DNA of 64,000 nucleotides from the human T2T-CHM13v2.0 reference genome, Homo sapiens. The stretch lies in assembly GCF_009914755.1 (NCBI RefSeq), contig NC_060927.1, one strand, 5' to 3'. Both the position numbers and the translations under genes were made by a program. Below are positions 25,100 to 38,759 of the stretch, piece after piece (positions within the stretch are counted from its first letter, which is position 1; each line of letters opens with the position of its first letter). Under the pieces are notes generated by a model. It was not told where the DNA came from and did not search any database. It saw only the letters and a list, made by a program, of their open reading frames with translations.

Positions 25100-26907
25100 A
25101 GCAAACATATTTATAACAAAATAAATAAGAAATACTCATAACATTATAGTTCTTATTTCTACAATGGGTCAAATGTTTATAGCTTATACTTATAACTAGG
25201 TTCTTCCACTACCAGGTCTATATTATCTTTGCCCTCAGCAAGTACCTCAGCTGGCTGTGTTTCTTTGCCTATTGGGTGACCCAACTCTTTATTTTTTGAG
25301 GGTCTGGGCCATTTAGCAGGCCTGTCTGAAAAAGACTGTGGTAATGTTTTATTGACTTTAATCATAGGACACAGTAGTAGTCAAAGACACCCTAAGTGAT
25401 TTCCTGTATACCAGACATACTCTTCCTTACCATTATTGTGTATTAGCAGCACAACTTCTCCTTGGTAGTCAGGATCAATTATCTCAACAAGCAGAGTAAC
25501 TCCCTTCTTTATCTATAGATTCAGAGACATGAGGAGCCCGAAGAAGCAAGGTAGCATTCTTAATTTCCAGTTCAATAAAATTATTGTTGTGTCTCCTGGG
25601 AGAGGCATTCTTTCCTTTAGTAGTAAGACCTCTAGACCACCAGAGCATAAGATCATGCGGGAAAAATAAAAAATTTACTAGTGTATCAATAAGTGTAATA
25701 GTGAGTGGCGCTACTCCTATTCCACCTCTTCATTCCTGATCTTTTGTATCTTGGCTATAGGAGAAAAAGCATCATATATTAGACTCTGATTTAGACCACA
25801 CACAGCTTTCTGGAGCACGTTGTCCCAGTCAAGTAAGTATTGACATAAAGCTAGCATTAAAATTGAGTCTTCATAAGGCCATTCCAAAATTTTATCGGCA
25901 GTTTCTTCAGGATAATGGGGAACATGGTAAGGACAGTGAATTCCACTAGCACAGCCCATTGCCATGCTTCATTCGCTGTGTAGTTAGTTTTGTGATCAAA
26001 AGCAATGCTGTGTGGAATACCATGACGGTAGATAAGGCATCCAATAAATGTACAGATGGTAGTTTTGGCAGAGGCATTGCATGCAGAGAAAGCAAATCCA
26101 TATCCAGAGTGTCTATGCCAATAAGAACCAAGTATTTCTCCTTTCATGATGGAAGTCATCCAATGTAATCCACCTGCTCCCAGCTGGCTGGTTAATCACA
26201 CCAGAGGATGGTGCATTATCAGGAGCTCAGTACTGATCTCTGCATCTGGCAGATTGGGCACTCAGCAGTGTCTCTAGCCAGATCAGCCTTGGTGGGTGGA
26301 AGTCTATGTTGCTGAGCCCATGCATGACCTCCATCCCTGCATCTCATATATCCTGCCAACCCATGGCTACATTGTTCACGAACCCAATGGGTCATCTTAT
26401 CCTCTTGATTATTAAAATCTTCCTCTGCAGAGATTACACTTTAGTAAGCATTCACATGGGACTCAAATGTCTTCATATTCTTTGCCCATTCAGAGAGGTC
26501 TATCCACATCCTCTTCCACAGACCTCTTTGTCACCATTTTTTTTCATCACATTGCTTCTAAGTCCCTTGCCATCCAGCCAAATCATTGGCCACAGCTCAC
26601 AAATCAGAATGTATTTGTACTTCTGTGTATTTCTCCTTCCATGTGAAATGAACAACAAAGTGCACTGTTCAAGTTTTGCTTACTGGGAGAATTTCACTCC
26701 ACCATTGCTCCAAAAAGAGCCTGTAGTGCTATAGCTGTCCACTTTCAGACAGTGCCCACATGTTGTGTAGAACCGTATGTAAGGTGTTTCTTTTTTCCTC
26801 AGTCAATTGATAGTAAATAACTCCCCATGAAGCCAGACAACTGGGCTGGGAAAAAATAAATGTGCCATAAATAGGATCCATGAACATTTGAGCCACTTTC
26901 TCATATA
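25100..26907 (-). mobile_element. HERVL/ERVL internal region: RNaseH-integrase-dUTPase remnants
   Basis: Integrase-like GYGFAFSACNASAKTTI...HGIPHSIAFD (ORF 25857-26159); dUTPase-like segment near 25430-25620. Confidence 0.92.
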
Positions 26908-28305
26908 CAGGAATAATTCAGAGATATTAATGTTTCTGTTCCAACCTCTGTAACAAAGCAAATTCACAGTAAAGCAAGTCACACATATTTTTTTTTGTTT
27001 CCCAATGCATATAAAAGTTATGTTACACTATATGGTAGCCTATTGAGTGTAAAATGATACCATGTCTAAAAATTGTGCGTATCTTAAGAAAGCATTATTC
27101 ACCCCAAAAATTGTAACAATAATCTGAGCCTTCAGCAACTCATAATCCTTTACAGGTGAAAGGTGTTGCCTCAATGTTGATGTCTGCTAACTGATGAGGG
27201 GAGTGATTGCTGAAGGGTGGGATGGCTATTGCAATTTATTAAATTAAGACAATAGAGTTCAGTGGATCAATTGATTCTTTCGTGAAAGATTTCTATGTAG
27301 CATTTGATGCTGTTGATTACATTTTATCCATAATAGAACTTTCTCCAAAATTGGAGTCAAATCTCTGAAGCCCTGCCACTGCTTTTTTAGCCAAGGTTGT
27401 GTAATATTCTAAATACTTGGTTGTCATTTCAACAATGTTCAAAGCATCTTTACCAGGCATATATTCCATCTCAAGAAACCGCTTTATTTGCTCATCCATA
27501 AAAAGCAACTTCTTATCTATTCAAGTTTTATTATGAGATTGCAGAAATTCAGTCACATCTTCAGGCTCCACTTCTAATTCTATTTACCTTTTTATTTCTA
27601 CATCCGCAGTTGCTTCTTCCACTAAAGTTTTGAACCCTTCAAAGTCATCCATGAGGATTGGAATCAACTTCTTCCAAAGTCCTGTTAATATTGATATTTT
27701 AACCTCTTCTCATGAGTCACAAATGTTCTTGGTAGCATCAAGAATGGTGAATCCTTTCTTTCCAGGAAGCTTTCACCCACCTTGCCCACATTCATCAAAA
27801 GAATCTATCTATGGCAACTATAGCCTTATGAAATGTATTATGTAAATAATAATACCTGAAACTTGATCATTTCTAGCTTTTGGTTTAAGGTGAGAGATGT
27901 GCTACTCTCCTTTTCCCTTGAACACTTAGAAGCCATTATAAGGTTATTGATCTAATTTCAATATTGTTGTGTCTCAGAAAATAGGGAGACCACAAGATAG
28001 GGAGAGACATGGAAAATGACCAGTTGATAGATCAGTTTAAACACATACAATATTTATCAATTAATTTCCCCATCCTATATGGTTGTGGTTCACAATACCC
28101 CAAAACATTTACAGTAGTGACATGAAAGATCACTAACCACAAGTCGCCATGAGAATATAATATTAATGAGAAGTGTGAAATGGTGTGAGAATTACCAAAA
28201 TGTGACACAGAGACATGAAATGAGTACATGGTGCCATTAGACTTGTTCAGCTCTAGGTTGCCACAAATCATCAATTTGCAAAAAATGAAATATCTGCAAA
28301 GTACA
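26908..28305 (-). mobile_element. Tigger1 DNA transposon, internally deleted, inserted in ERVL
   Basis: TA|CAGGAATAATTCAGAGATATT TIR-like end; ORF 27317-27508 MDEQIKRFLEME...IVEMTTKYLEYY...DSNF matches the Tigger1 transposase C-terminus. Confidence 0.92.
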
Positions 28306-30420
28306 CTACAGAGCCTACCAAAAGCTTCATAAAGCACCTCTATAAACCACTGACACTTCAAGAACGATAAGATCTATTGGATCCTTTGGGTCAAGTGGCC
28401 AAAGAGGCCACTTTGGCTCAAGCGGCCCAGCAGTTTGTATAGCAGTCTGGAGATGTTGCAGAGCCTTCTCTTGGTCTGGGGCACACTCAAAACTAACAGT
28501 TTTTTAGGACATTTTGTAAGTAGGCCAGAGTAGTGCACCCAAAAGAGGAATCTGTTGCCTCTGAAATCCAGAAAGGTCCATTTGACATGATAAGTTGTAT
28601 GTTAGATGAGATATCTCATCATGCTCTACACAATTGTACTTTCTAGGCATTGCACTGAGATGGGAGACCTCAGAATATTTGTTTATATTTTATCTTCTGA
28701 CATGCAAATGTCTTATAAATATACTACAGTAGTTTCTACTGTCCAATTAACATAACAATGTAATGAATAATTATGATGTCATGTGAAAAGGAAAGATAAC
28801 CGAGGTTTGTGCAGACTACACTATGACATACGAAAAAGTTAATTTATCTGTAAGTTAGGACAATGAAGGTGTGTTTTTGGTCTTGCCAGGTGATAACAAA
28901 CTGATTCTGGTGATCTTTACTGAGAGATGTTTTTTAAATTCACTTTCCAGATCAGTAGCTGCAAACCGATTACTAGGGGGTGTATTAATTTACTTCAGCA
29001 GTGAAACCACATCTGGAAAAGCAGCTGCAGTTTAAGTCATAATTCAATTAAGTTTACAATAATTCATGGTCATTCTCCAAGCTCTATCTGCCTCCTGCAC
29101 AAACCAAATTGGTAAGGGGGAATATGGTGGAAATCACCACCTGTGCATATTTCAGATCCTTGATGATGGCACTAATTTCTGCAATCCCTCTAGCAATGCA
29201 GTATTGCCTCTGGCTAAATATTCTTCCAAATAAAGGCGATTCTATTGGCTTCCATTTGGCCTTTTCTACCATAATATCCCTCACTCCAAAGGTCAGGGAA
29301 ACTATGTGGGAACTCTGCCAGATGCTAAGAATGTCTGTTCCAATTATTTACTCTGGAACTTGGGAGTAGGTTCAAGGACATATTAGATCCATTATGAGAT
29401 TGACTGAGCTAAAACTCCTTTGATCAAGAGACATACATAAGACCTTACTCTGACTAGTGTAACACAAGTGATATTCTTGGTCTCCAATCATCTCTGAAAA
29501 CTATGATTATTTCATTTCCCTCACTGCACTGTCACCCTGGTAAAAGGCTGTAGATCCATTTGGGGGAAGACAGAAGAAATATTAACCGTGTAAAATTTTG
29601 GCAGAAAAGCAGGGTTTTTCCTGAAGGGGACTCAGCCTCCCCTTTATTCAAGGAGTTCTAGGCTCAAGTCTGGGAATGGACTGAGGGGCTATGACTCTCT
29701 TTTATGATTTAAATTAGGCCTCTGTTCACTTGACCTAGAGCTCTTCTGCTTACACAAATCACATAAGAAAAATTTAGTAGAATACTCACCGATTTCACTT
29801 CTAGGGATTCCATGATCAGCTAGGAAATGCCATAGGTCTCCGCATATCAGAAAATTCTGATCTCTGCTTAGAGTCTGTTGTCCATTAATGGAAGCATGTC
29901 TTCCTTGTGTGTGGTGATGAAGTGCTGCTACATAGTCCGTGCTACTCTAATAGGAGTAATTAAGGATTTAATTTCTCATATTGTATTTGGGTTTCCAGGT
30001 TAGAAGAAGCAGTCTCCACTCTAATTTCTTAGCTACAGAGAAGAGCAACCACAGAGCTCTTCAAGAATGCTACAACTCTTCTCACACATTTATTTCTTAC
30101 TATTGTCATGAAAGATAAGTCCACTGGGCCCTCCCAGAGTGAGCAGATATCACACGATAAATCCTTAATCTCTCTATCTTTTGGATCTCTTTTTCTACAG
30201 TATACCAGGGCAGTTCTGGTATTTCAACTTAGTTTAGTATAGACCACATTTTGATCCATGTTCTGCCCACCAAACAAGCTGTTAGAGCCTCCAAACTCTT
30301 TGAGCAGAAACATGACATCTAGAATTTCTGCACAGTAAAGTCTTAACCCATTTTGACCTGATTCAACTTTATATTCCTTCCACCATTATTTCACACCTTT
30401 AATGTCCATTTGCAAACATA
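28306..30420 (-). mobile_element. HERVL/ERVL internal region: gag-protease-RT remnants (same provirus)
   Basis: ORF 29084-29284 KAKWKPIESP...QRQYCIARGIAEISAIIKDLK matches HERVL pol; gag-like NGGRNIKLNQ near 30360-30390. Confidence 0.9.
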
Positions 30421-30859
30421 CATATGAACAGAAAAAAAAGAAAGAATATACTTCACCCCACTTCCCATGTTTCTGCTTTATCCACAGGAAAGATGGAGTA
30501 ATAAAGTATAAAGATAAGAGCTTCAACAACAGTTTGAAACTTTCCCACAGGTGAACAAGTAAATTCTTTTTTCAGAGAAGATGTAGTTAATTATTGGTAA
30601 TTGAGTGAGAATTTCACAATATCAGTAATTCTCTATAACCAAAAGCAAACATAAGGACTGTTATCAAGTATTTTTGTTAATGTAGTTATGTTTTATAAAG
30701 TGTTTTTCTTTTAAAATTATAAACTAAGAAGAGTTTGATTAATGGTTGTGAATAGTCAAGATACAGAAACTTTTATCTTAGTAAAACTGGTTAAATAAAG
30801 TAAAATTGTTTCTGAGAATAAAGTCTGTAAGAAATTTAGCAGCAATGATAACAGTTGTT

Positions 30860-31095
30860 TTTACTACTAGTAAGTATTTTTTGAATTTTTATTATATTCC
30901 TGACATTTTGCTAAGCACCTTGTATTATCACCTTAATTTCATTTCAAAAGTAACTTTAAATGCTATTTTATTATCCCTATTATATTGAGGCTTCAGAAGT
31001 TTAAGTAACTGGGCCAAGGTCAGAAAACTTGTAGAGGCCAGGAAAAGCTTGCTGAATTTAAAAGTCAAGTTTATTCCCCCACGGAAGTACTCCAT
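30860..31095 (-). mobile_element. MIR SINE
   Basis: GCTAAGCAC...TATTATCCCTATT...TGAGGCTTCAGAAGTTAAGTAACTGGGCCAAGGTCA. Confidence 0.8.
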
Positions 31096-31294
31096 CTTAT
31101 TAGTTTAATGACAGCATGTATTTAAACTATTTCTTGCTAGGTGCATTTTTTAAGATAACATGGTTAAAGTTCTAAAACACACAGAAATTCGTCTACATAG
31201 CATGTCCAATTATTTTGCCAATTTTTAAACAATTCAAACTCTTTAACCTTTAACGGTCTTTGTTTAGCCAATTTATCTAATTTGCTTAAGCCAC

Positions 31295-31605
31295 CTAATT
31301 TGTATTATTTTCCACATAGCACTTATCCCCAGTCCTGGCTTCGTGGGCTTGCAATCTGTACAGTCACATTGAGTCCGACGCTTCAAAGGACCTCACACTT
31401 GGTTACTGTTCAACTGTTGCTGTCTTGAAATTTGCAGTATTATTTGAAAAAGGTCTCTGCATTTTCATTTTTTTACTGGTATAACAAATTATGTATCTGG
31501 TCCTACTTGTTTCCATCTTATTTACTCTACTATATTTACCTTTTGTCTTCCCTACTAAAATGGAATCTCCACAAGAGTAGAGATTTTGTCTATGTTGTTT
31601 ACAAA
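31295..31605 (+). mobile_element. L2 3' fragment split by MER91
   Basis: TTTTCCACATAGCACTTATC...CTACTAAAATGGAATCTCCACAAGAGTAGAGATTTTGTCT. Confidence 0.65.
31330..31504. mobile_element. MER91A-like hAT-Tip100 MITE
   Basis: CAGTCCTGGCTTCGTGGGC...GCTGTCTTGAAATT...GCATTTTCATTTT...CAAATTATGTATCTGGTCCT. Confidence 0.8.
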
Positions 31606-32239
31606 GTAGATAGAGGCATTACAAACATGTTTCTTTAATTTTCCACATGGCATCATCACTTATTCATATCTGAATAAAACCATACCTTTGAGAATAAGCA
31701 GCCCATCCTAAAGAATAAATATTCATCTAAAGTTATATAATATTTAAGAGAAGTATCAAAGAGGACATAAACATTATCTCCAAGATTGGCCTTGTACTTC
31801 CAAACTTATTAAGTAAGGTAAATGTCACAGTGTGTCTTGATAAAATAATGCCAACCTTTTGCATTTAATGTCAATATCAGAATTATAATTTCTTGGTGAA
31901 CAAATCCCATCTGGAATTTCATAAACAAGTCGCTGATATTTTGTTGACCTTTTCCCAGTCCTCCTTCAGATCCATCTTGTCACTTCAATCTCTACTTTAA
32001 CAGAAAAAAAAAAAAAAACCAGGAAGGATAAAAGAAAATGGAGAAATTAGGCAACATAAAATAAATCATATCTGTTATCATTCTTCAGATTAAATCTTGA
32101 CACTGATATTTTACCACAACCATCAACACCAGTTTGCCAATTTTATGTAAATGTGTTCAGGTCCTCCTTCATCATATAAAAACAAGTTAGTTTTATCTAT
32201 TGTTTTGAAAAATTATAATAATCTATAATATAACTTTTC

Positions 32240-33370
32240 ACTGAAAGAAATTCTTTATCATGTATCTCAGAGTGGATCTCTAAGTTCATCCTACTGGAAA
32301 TTCATTGAGCTTCTTGGATGTGTACACTAATGATTTTTATTATTTCTTCAATCATTCTTTCTGCCCCTTTCTCTCTCTCCTCTTCTTTTTGGATTTCCAT
32401 TACGCATGTGATGGTATGTTTGGTGATATAAGTCTATGAGGCTGTGTTCACTTCTTTTCATTCTTTTTTTTTCTTTTCATTCCTCAAACTAGATAATCTC
32501 AATTGATTATTCTCAGGTCCACTGATTCTTAAGCCTGCTAAAATCTGCTGTTGAGCCCCTCTAGTGAATTATTTATTTCAGGTACTGCAGTTTTTAACTT
32601 CAGAATTTCTATTTGGCTCTTTTTATAACTCCTATATTTTTGTTAATATTTGGCATTTTGTGAGACATTATTTTCGTATTTTTATTTAGTTTAGACATGG
32701 CTTTCTTTAGTTGTTTGAACATAATTAAAATAGCTGATGTAAGGTCATTGGGAAGTCCACCTAGATTTCACCATAAACAGTTTCTGTTGATTTCTTTGTT
32801 TTCTGTGTATACACTATACTTTCTTATTTCTTTGCGTGTCTCATAATTTTCTGTTGAAAACTAGACATTTCAAATAATAAAATGTGGTAATTCTGGAAAT
32901 CAGATTCTCTCATCTCCCCACAGTTTGTTTTTGTTGTTCTTTGTTATGTGTGTTGTTATTTGCTTATTGACTCTTCTGACCTAATTCTGTGAAGTCTGTA
33001 TTTTTTCATGTGTGATCACTGAAATCTTTGCTCAGTTAGTTCAATCACCAGCTAATGATTAGGTAGAGATTTTCTTAGATAACTTGGACCAATAAGTCTC
33101 TGACTTTGCTGAAGAGCTCTGTATATATGTTGAGACAAGCACTTAACCCTCAGGCAATCAGATTTTATTTTCTGCTTGCATAGAGCCTTAGAGTCAGTCA
33201 GAGATTAGAGATTAGGGTATTTTCAGGTCTTTTTCAAGCATGTGCACAGCCCTGAGCATGAACACAGCCCAACACGTGAATGTGGCTTTTTAGATTCCCA
33301 GTAATATGTCAGGACGTTTTAAAGCGCCCTATGGACATCTTATTTCTCAGTTTTTTCTTTTGCAATTAAT
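32240..33370 (-). mobile_element. Old L1 (L1MC/MD-type) ORF1/5' region
   Basis: TTCATTGAGCTTCTTGGATGTGTA...AAATCTGCTGTTGAGCCCCTCTAGTGAATT...GGAAATCAGATTCTC. Confidence 0.8.
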
Positions 33371-33759
33371 CTAAAGCAAAAATTCACTTTTTTTTGGTTT
33401 GGTTTGTTTTTTCAATAAACACCCATACGAAAATAATATTTACACTGGATAAGGATTTAAAAAACAAATCACAAAAAATATAGAATATTATTTCCCTGTT
33501 TATGACTCTATTCATTCCTTAAGAACTCCAGCCCTTTTCAAACTTTTGTTAAGCAATTCTGTGATATGCCTCCACAGCCTCCTGTAACAATTCTGGAGAT
33601 GAGAAAGTAGCTACAATGCCCAGGGAAGCTGCCATCTCCACTGCTCCTTAGTTCCAGGCAGAACAGGTATGTCTGATTATATTTCTCAAAGAGCATGTCC
33701 AAGAGAGATGTGCCCTTGACTCTCCATACCCAGTAGGAACTACATTCTGTAATATGTTT

Positions 33760-35050
33760 TAGCAGTCTTCAAAATGGGTGATTCATACCCATTTAATAAA
33801 ACAAATTTTCAGCTTCTAAATTTACTCTAGTGCTTTCACCACGCATCTGCAGATAATGAAGTATTTTCTTTTCTATCCCACACTCCCTTTCATAATCACT
33901 CTTCTTCCATTGTATTAAAGAAACGTATGCCTGTCACTCATTCTATATATTACTATGACTACTCCAGGGTATAAAATTCTTTGGGTATTACATGAAGAAA
34001 TAATTCAAATTATCAGTGGCAGTCAAATATCTTTTAATTAAGGCACTATAGCATTTAATGTCTTTCGAAATCTTATTCATATTTATGTTTAAGGTGGCAA
34101 TGTGTTATTAGATAGTGTGTATTACGGCCCATGCTGGTTCACTATAAATTAAGGGAAACTGTAGAGTAGGCAGCATGAGTAATTTTTATTTAACAGTCTT
34201 GAACTATTGGTGAAGAATTGAGGAAGCAAATGAGGAAAGCTTGGTGAGTACTCACACATCCTTGTCTGAGTTGTGTCTGCAACTCCGAAGTGTATTTAAA
34301 GTACATGTTAAGATAGAATCATGTTATCAGAAAATTATTGGAAAATATATATTTAAATTGAATATTATTTTAATTTGCAAAAGTTTATAAAATATCATAT
34401 TTTAAAAAGGCATCTCTAAGTGAAACAGTATAAAGCACCTAAGTAGTCATTTGACAATTCTTAGTAACATTATTTTAGTTTATTTCCAGAAATCTAATGA
34501 CTGGGTAATGAATCATTCTGCAAATTAGATTGTTTCCAGTTCTTTGCTGTTGAAAAAAGTTGCAGAAAGCCTTAATTGATGGATATGTGGTGGATTACTA
34601 AAGATGAGTTTTGATGCTGGATCACAGTATAATTTTTAACACATAACATAAAAGGAGGTTTAAGAACTGAGGTGCACTGTGATTATAACACACCTTTAGT
34701 TCCCAATTATTTATATGAACAAGTTTTCATACATGTATATAGAAAAATTGGAATAAATTTGATATTAAAGTATGTCTCAACATAATAGTCATTAATTCAT
34801 ATACAAATGAACTACTAATAATACATGCCTTTCCATATTTTAATGTACAATGTTATTCTCATCAAAGCTTGAATTATATGCTATTTTGATAAATTCTGCA
34901 CTAATAATAATTATAACAAAACTCAATCCAAAAGAAAATAACAGAAACTTATAACTACTAGATATTTCAAAACTTAAGATTAATTAACACAAAAAATCTT
35001 CCTACAGAGTACCATTGGATAATGAACAATATTCTCAAATGTAAATATAC
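33760..35050 (+). mobile_element. Highly decayed hAT-Charlie transposon
   Basis: TIR-like CAGTCTTCAAAATGGG; 34490-34790 DNA resembles the hAT C-terminal domain (WV.N, LID, F.EL, FP..YLYEQ.F motifs spread across frames). Confidence 0.5.
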
Positions 35051-35247
35051 TACTTAGACATACCATTTTATTAGGACATAAAATGGAAATAGTAGTTCTA
35101 AAAGAGGGGGAAGACAGTTCTGTTTGATTAAGGAAAGCTAGTTTATGTAATTTTAAACAAATGAAGGGTGATATGACTTTGCTAAGTATTTTGATGACAT
35201 AGAATCTATTTTAAAAAGCAACATAAAGTTTTATTTTAAAAACTTCA

Positions 35248-35554
<307 letters not shown>

Positions 35555-36179
35555 TCAATAATTACAGCGTGTTGGATATTACAGCATTTGGAATGATATA
35601 AATTTACAATGAAAATGTTTACAAGTCAAGTTATAAATTTGCAGGAAGTTATATAACTTTTCAAAATTCTTTTGTAGTTAGGGAAGCATAGATTTTGGAG
35701 ATCATTGGCCCAGTTTACAAAGGATTATTGCCTCATACTCTCTGTCTAAAGTTGATTTACTGAAGCTAGTCTCAACTCGTTCCTCCCCCATTTGTCTATT
35801 CTTTCCAAATTTATTCAGAATCAATAGTGATCAATTAGTTACTAATCCATATTATTATAAAATATTTTTGAAAATGATAAACTTTCTTGGTTCTTGCTAT
35901 CTACTCATTGACTATGCAAGACAATATGATTTGCATAATTTGTAATTTAGAATGACCTGTGGAGAGTTTTTGAATAGCACAGTGCCATATGTCATGGAAT
36001 TACCTAAGGAAAGCCAAGCAGATGCATCTCCTTCTTTAGCCCCTTATGGTACTGAAGAGAAGTACAAAAGATTGTTTTATACATTGGGCACATCTGTCAA
36101 TGACAACTTCTGGAAACAAGATGCATTTTTAGTGATAAGCTTGTGTAATTTTGTATTAGTAGCAGCATTAGCAGTATTG

Positions 36180-36415
36180 TTATTATTAACAACCAGTACA
36201 AATTCTGAGCTAAGCACATTAATACATTTCTCATTTAATACTCTCATAATCATAGGAATTAGCTAATATATTTTAACATCAGATCAACTGATAACAGGGA
36301 AAAAACCTCAGAGGTATTGAGTAATGTTCACAATTTTACATCTCTAGGAAAGGGTAGAGTTGGGATTTGAACACTCAAAACTGCCTGATGCCTAAATCCT
36401 ATTATATTGCCTACT
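36180..36415 (-). mobile_element. MIR SINE
   Basis: GCTAAGCAC...TCTCATTTAATACTC...CTCAGAGGTATTGAGTAA...GGGATTTGAACAC. Confidence 0.75.
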
Positions 36416-37014
36416 GGGGAAGCCATACATAATGTTAGACCTTGGAAAACACAATTTACATCACTTATAGTGTTGACTTGGACCAATGGTTTTGTCTAGA
36501 CAGTATTAAAATGTATATTTTTGTGTTATAATAAAATGGTACCTTGAAAGAAACCAAACAGAAGTTACAGTTGTCAGCACATTTATGCTAAAAAATAAAC
36601 AACCTAAGCCATATTTTCTTGCCCTTGCCATGATAAAAGAAAATTTTGAGTTCTGTGCAAAGGAAAAATGCCAACAAAACATGCTCTGGGTAGAAACTAC
36701 CTGGTTAGAAAACTTGATTTACGGCATATATAAAATAAGCGCTGAAGCAGGTATTGCTATTTGACATCAGAAGCTAATGCTGAAAAATATCTACCGAATT
36801 TCATGGTTTTCTTTATTGAAAGTTATAGACTCAGATTCCTAGATAAAGAGCTCGCTTTGGTAATGTTGTTAGTCTTTTCACTGAAAAACGGATCAGGAAG
36901 CCACTGTACTGGTTTAATATAGAATCACCTCCTGTAAGAGGTAGGAGGTCAGATACTTTTAGACACTGTTGAGAAGATAATAGCTCATAATTAAGAATAG
37001 GAAGCTTCTGCGTG

Positions 37015-37170
37015 GAATAATAGAATGTTAGAGATAAAAGGAACTTTGGAGAATCTTAATTTCAAATGCCTTTATTTACTTATTAGAAAACTGAGGTCTA
37101 GTGAATCCAAATTTTTAGTAAAAGCTTACACTGCCAGTTGCATCAAGGCTAGTCTTGAAATATTAGTTAT
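37015..37170 (-). mobile_element. MIR3-like SINE
   Basis: TAGAATGTTAGAGATAAAAGGAACTTTGGAGA...GAAAACTGAGGTCTAG. Confidence 0.6.
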
Positions 37171-37489
37171 TTCTCTAATAAATATAATTTCAGAGTAACC
37201 ATTACTAATTGTGGGAGAGCAGAATGCTTCTTTTTGCACTAGAAATTCTAATTTTCAATGAGCTCCTAATTTCAAGTTGAATTCTTGTCTACCACTTCTT
37301 GGTTCCTTCTACACGCATGGGAGAGCGGTAAGACAGACGATGCCTATAAGCTACGTCTCTCCACTTAATCTTCTAATTTTTGAAATTTTCTAATTACATC
37401 AAAAGGTACTATATTATCAGCCTGCCATGTACATATCAATTTAAAATCCTTTCACTTCCCCTAACAAGCAAGCAGTATTGTGAACTAGT

Positions 37490-37895
37490 AGAGATTATAG
37501 GGGCCAGGCAGCTGATGACTGTGAGTGAAACTGTGAGGCTGGTTAGGGGAAGAAAGAAGTATGGACAACTGAGACCCAGTGCCTCTTCTAAAAGGGGCCG
37601 TAGCTACTGGGCTGTAGCCAGTTTTCACAATATGGAAGTGTAACCCTAGTGTTGCCAGTTATTTCAACATTTCACAAAAATCCAAAAATCCAAATTTCAT
37701 CTTGAAATCTCCCAATATTTAAATATTGAAAACAAATTTAAAAATTTAACCAGCTGTATTAAAATGATAGCTTTTTGTATATCAATCATACCTCAGCAAA
37801 GTGGTTTTATTTTTTTGTGTGTTTGTTTAAACTCTAGTCCAAACAGAACATATCTATCTATAAAGAGAATGTGGGTCACAGGCCCCCAATACATG
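37490..37895. mobile_element. MER102-like hAT-Charlie element
   Basis: AAAAGGGGCCGTAGCTACT...CCTAGTGTTGCCAG...TGAAATCTCCCAATATTTAAATATTG. Confidence 0.6.
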
Positions 37896-38529
37896 AATGG
37901 AGGCATTTAGCCATGCCGGACTCTGTGCCAGGAATTCTATTTCCATCAGTGAGATTTGAAGCTAGTACCCAATGTACATGGCTGACTGGAACTTACCTGT
38001 AACCCTGATGTGTTTGGTCACTTTAAAACTGCTTTTGATTTATGATTAACTCTGTAATCAGAGGTTCTGACAATCCTTTTGCAAGCATCTTCTCCTGGAA
38101 AGGTTGGATCATATTTACATATAGCCCAAGCTACTCAGTGAAAAGACATGCTCCAAGTTAAACTCATTACCTACAACTAGCAGTCACTGTTACCTATTTT
38201 TCTCTGACTACTCCTGCTTACTAAAAACTTATGCTACCTTCCAGCACCCTCCAAAGTAGACTGCCTTGAAATTGGCATTGGCTTGAATCAAACCCCCATG
38301 TGTAAATTCTGTTAGTAGAGTACTGTGAAGTACTGATTGCCTGTATTCAATAAACTCTGGCCCAGATCCCCAGCAACTTCAGTATGTTCAACATCACAAC
38401 AGTCCTTGGCTTATATCCTAATTCCCTGACTATGGAAAATTTTAGAAATTGGTGGAACGAATTTAGGTACTATGCCAAGACCTCTCAAGAGCAAAGAAAC
38501 TTGGAATTTGCATGTTTTGATCATACTTT

Positions 38530-38690
38530 ATGGACTTGGTATTTTATTCATTATTCCATTTAATCCTTACAATAGTCCTGTGAGTGGTAGCCCAATTTTA
38601 CAGAAGAGCAACTCAGGGCCCAGCAAGGATATGCAATTGCTCAAATCTATCAAACTTCAAAACCAAGAATCTGATTCCAATCCTCTATGT
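38530..38690 (-). mobile_element. MIR SINE
   Basis: CATTTAATCCTTACAATAGTCCTGTGAG...ATTTTACAGAAGAGCAACTCAGG. Confidence 0.75.
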
Positions 38691-38759
38691 TTATGATAAT
38701 AATTTGTTTTTGACTGAAGGAATTATTTTTAACACAGAATTTTTTAAAAATCCAGAAAG

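Noticed and set aside
26306-26734. Longest ORF in the window (142 aa, plus strand)
   Set aside because: Antisense to ERVL pol; a shadow ORF
35952-36266. 104-aa ORF with a hydrophobic C-terminus
   Set aside because: The hydrophobic part comes from a low-complexity tail and a MIR; no homology recognised
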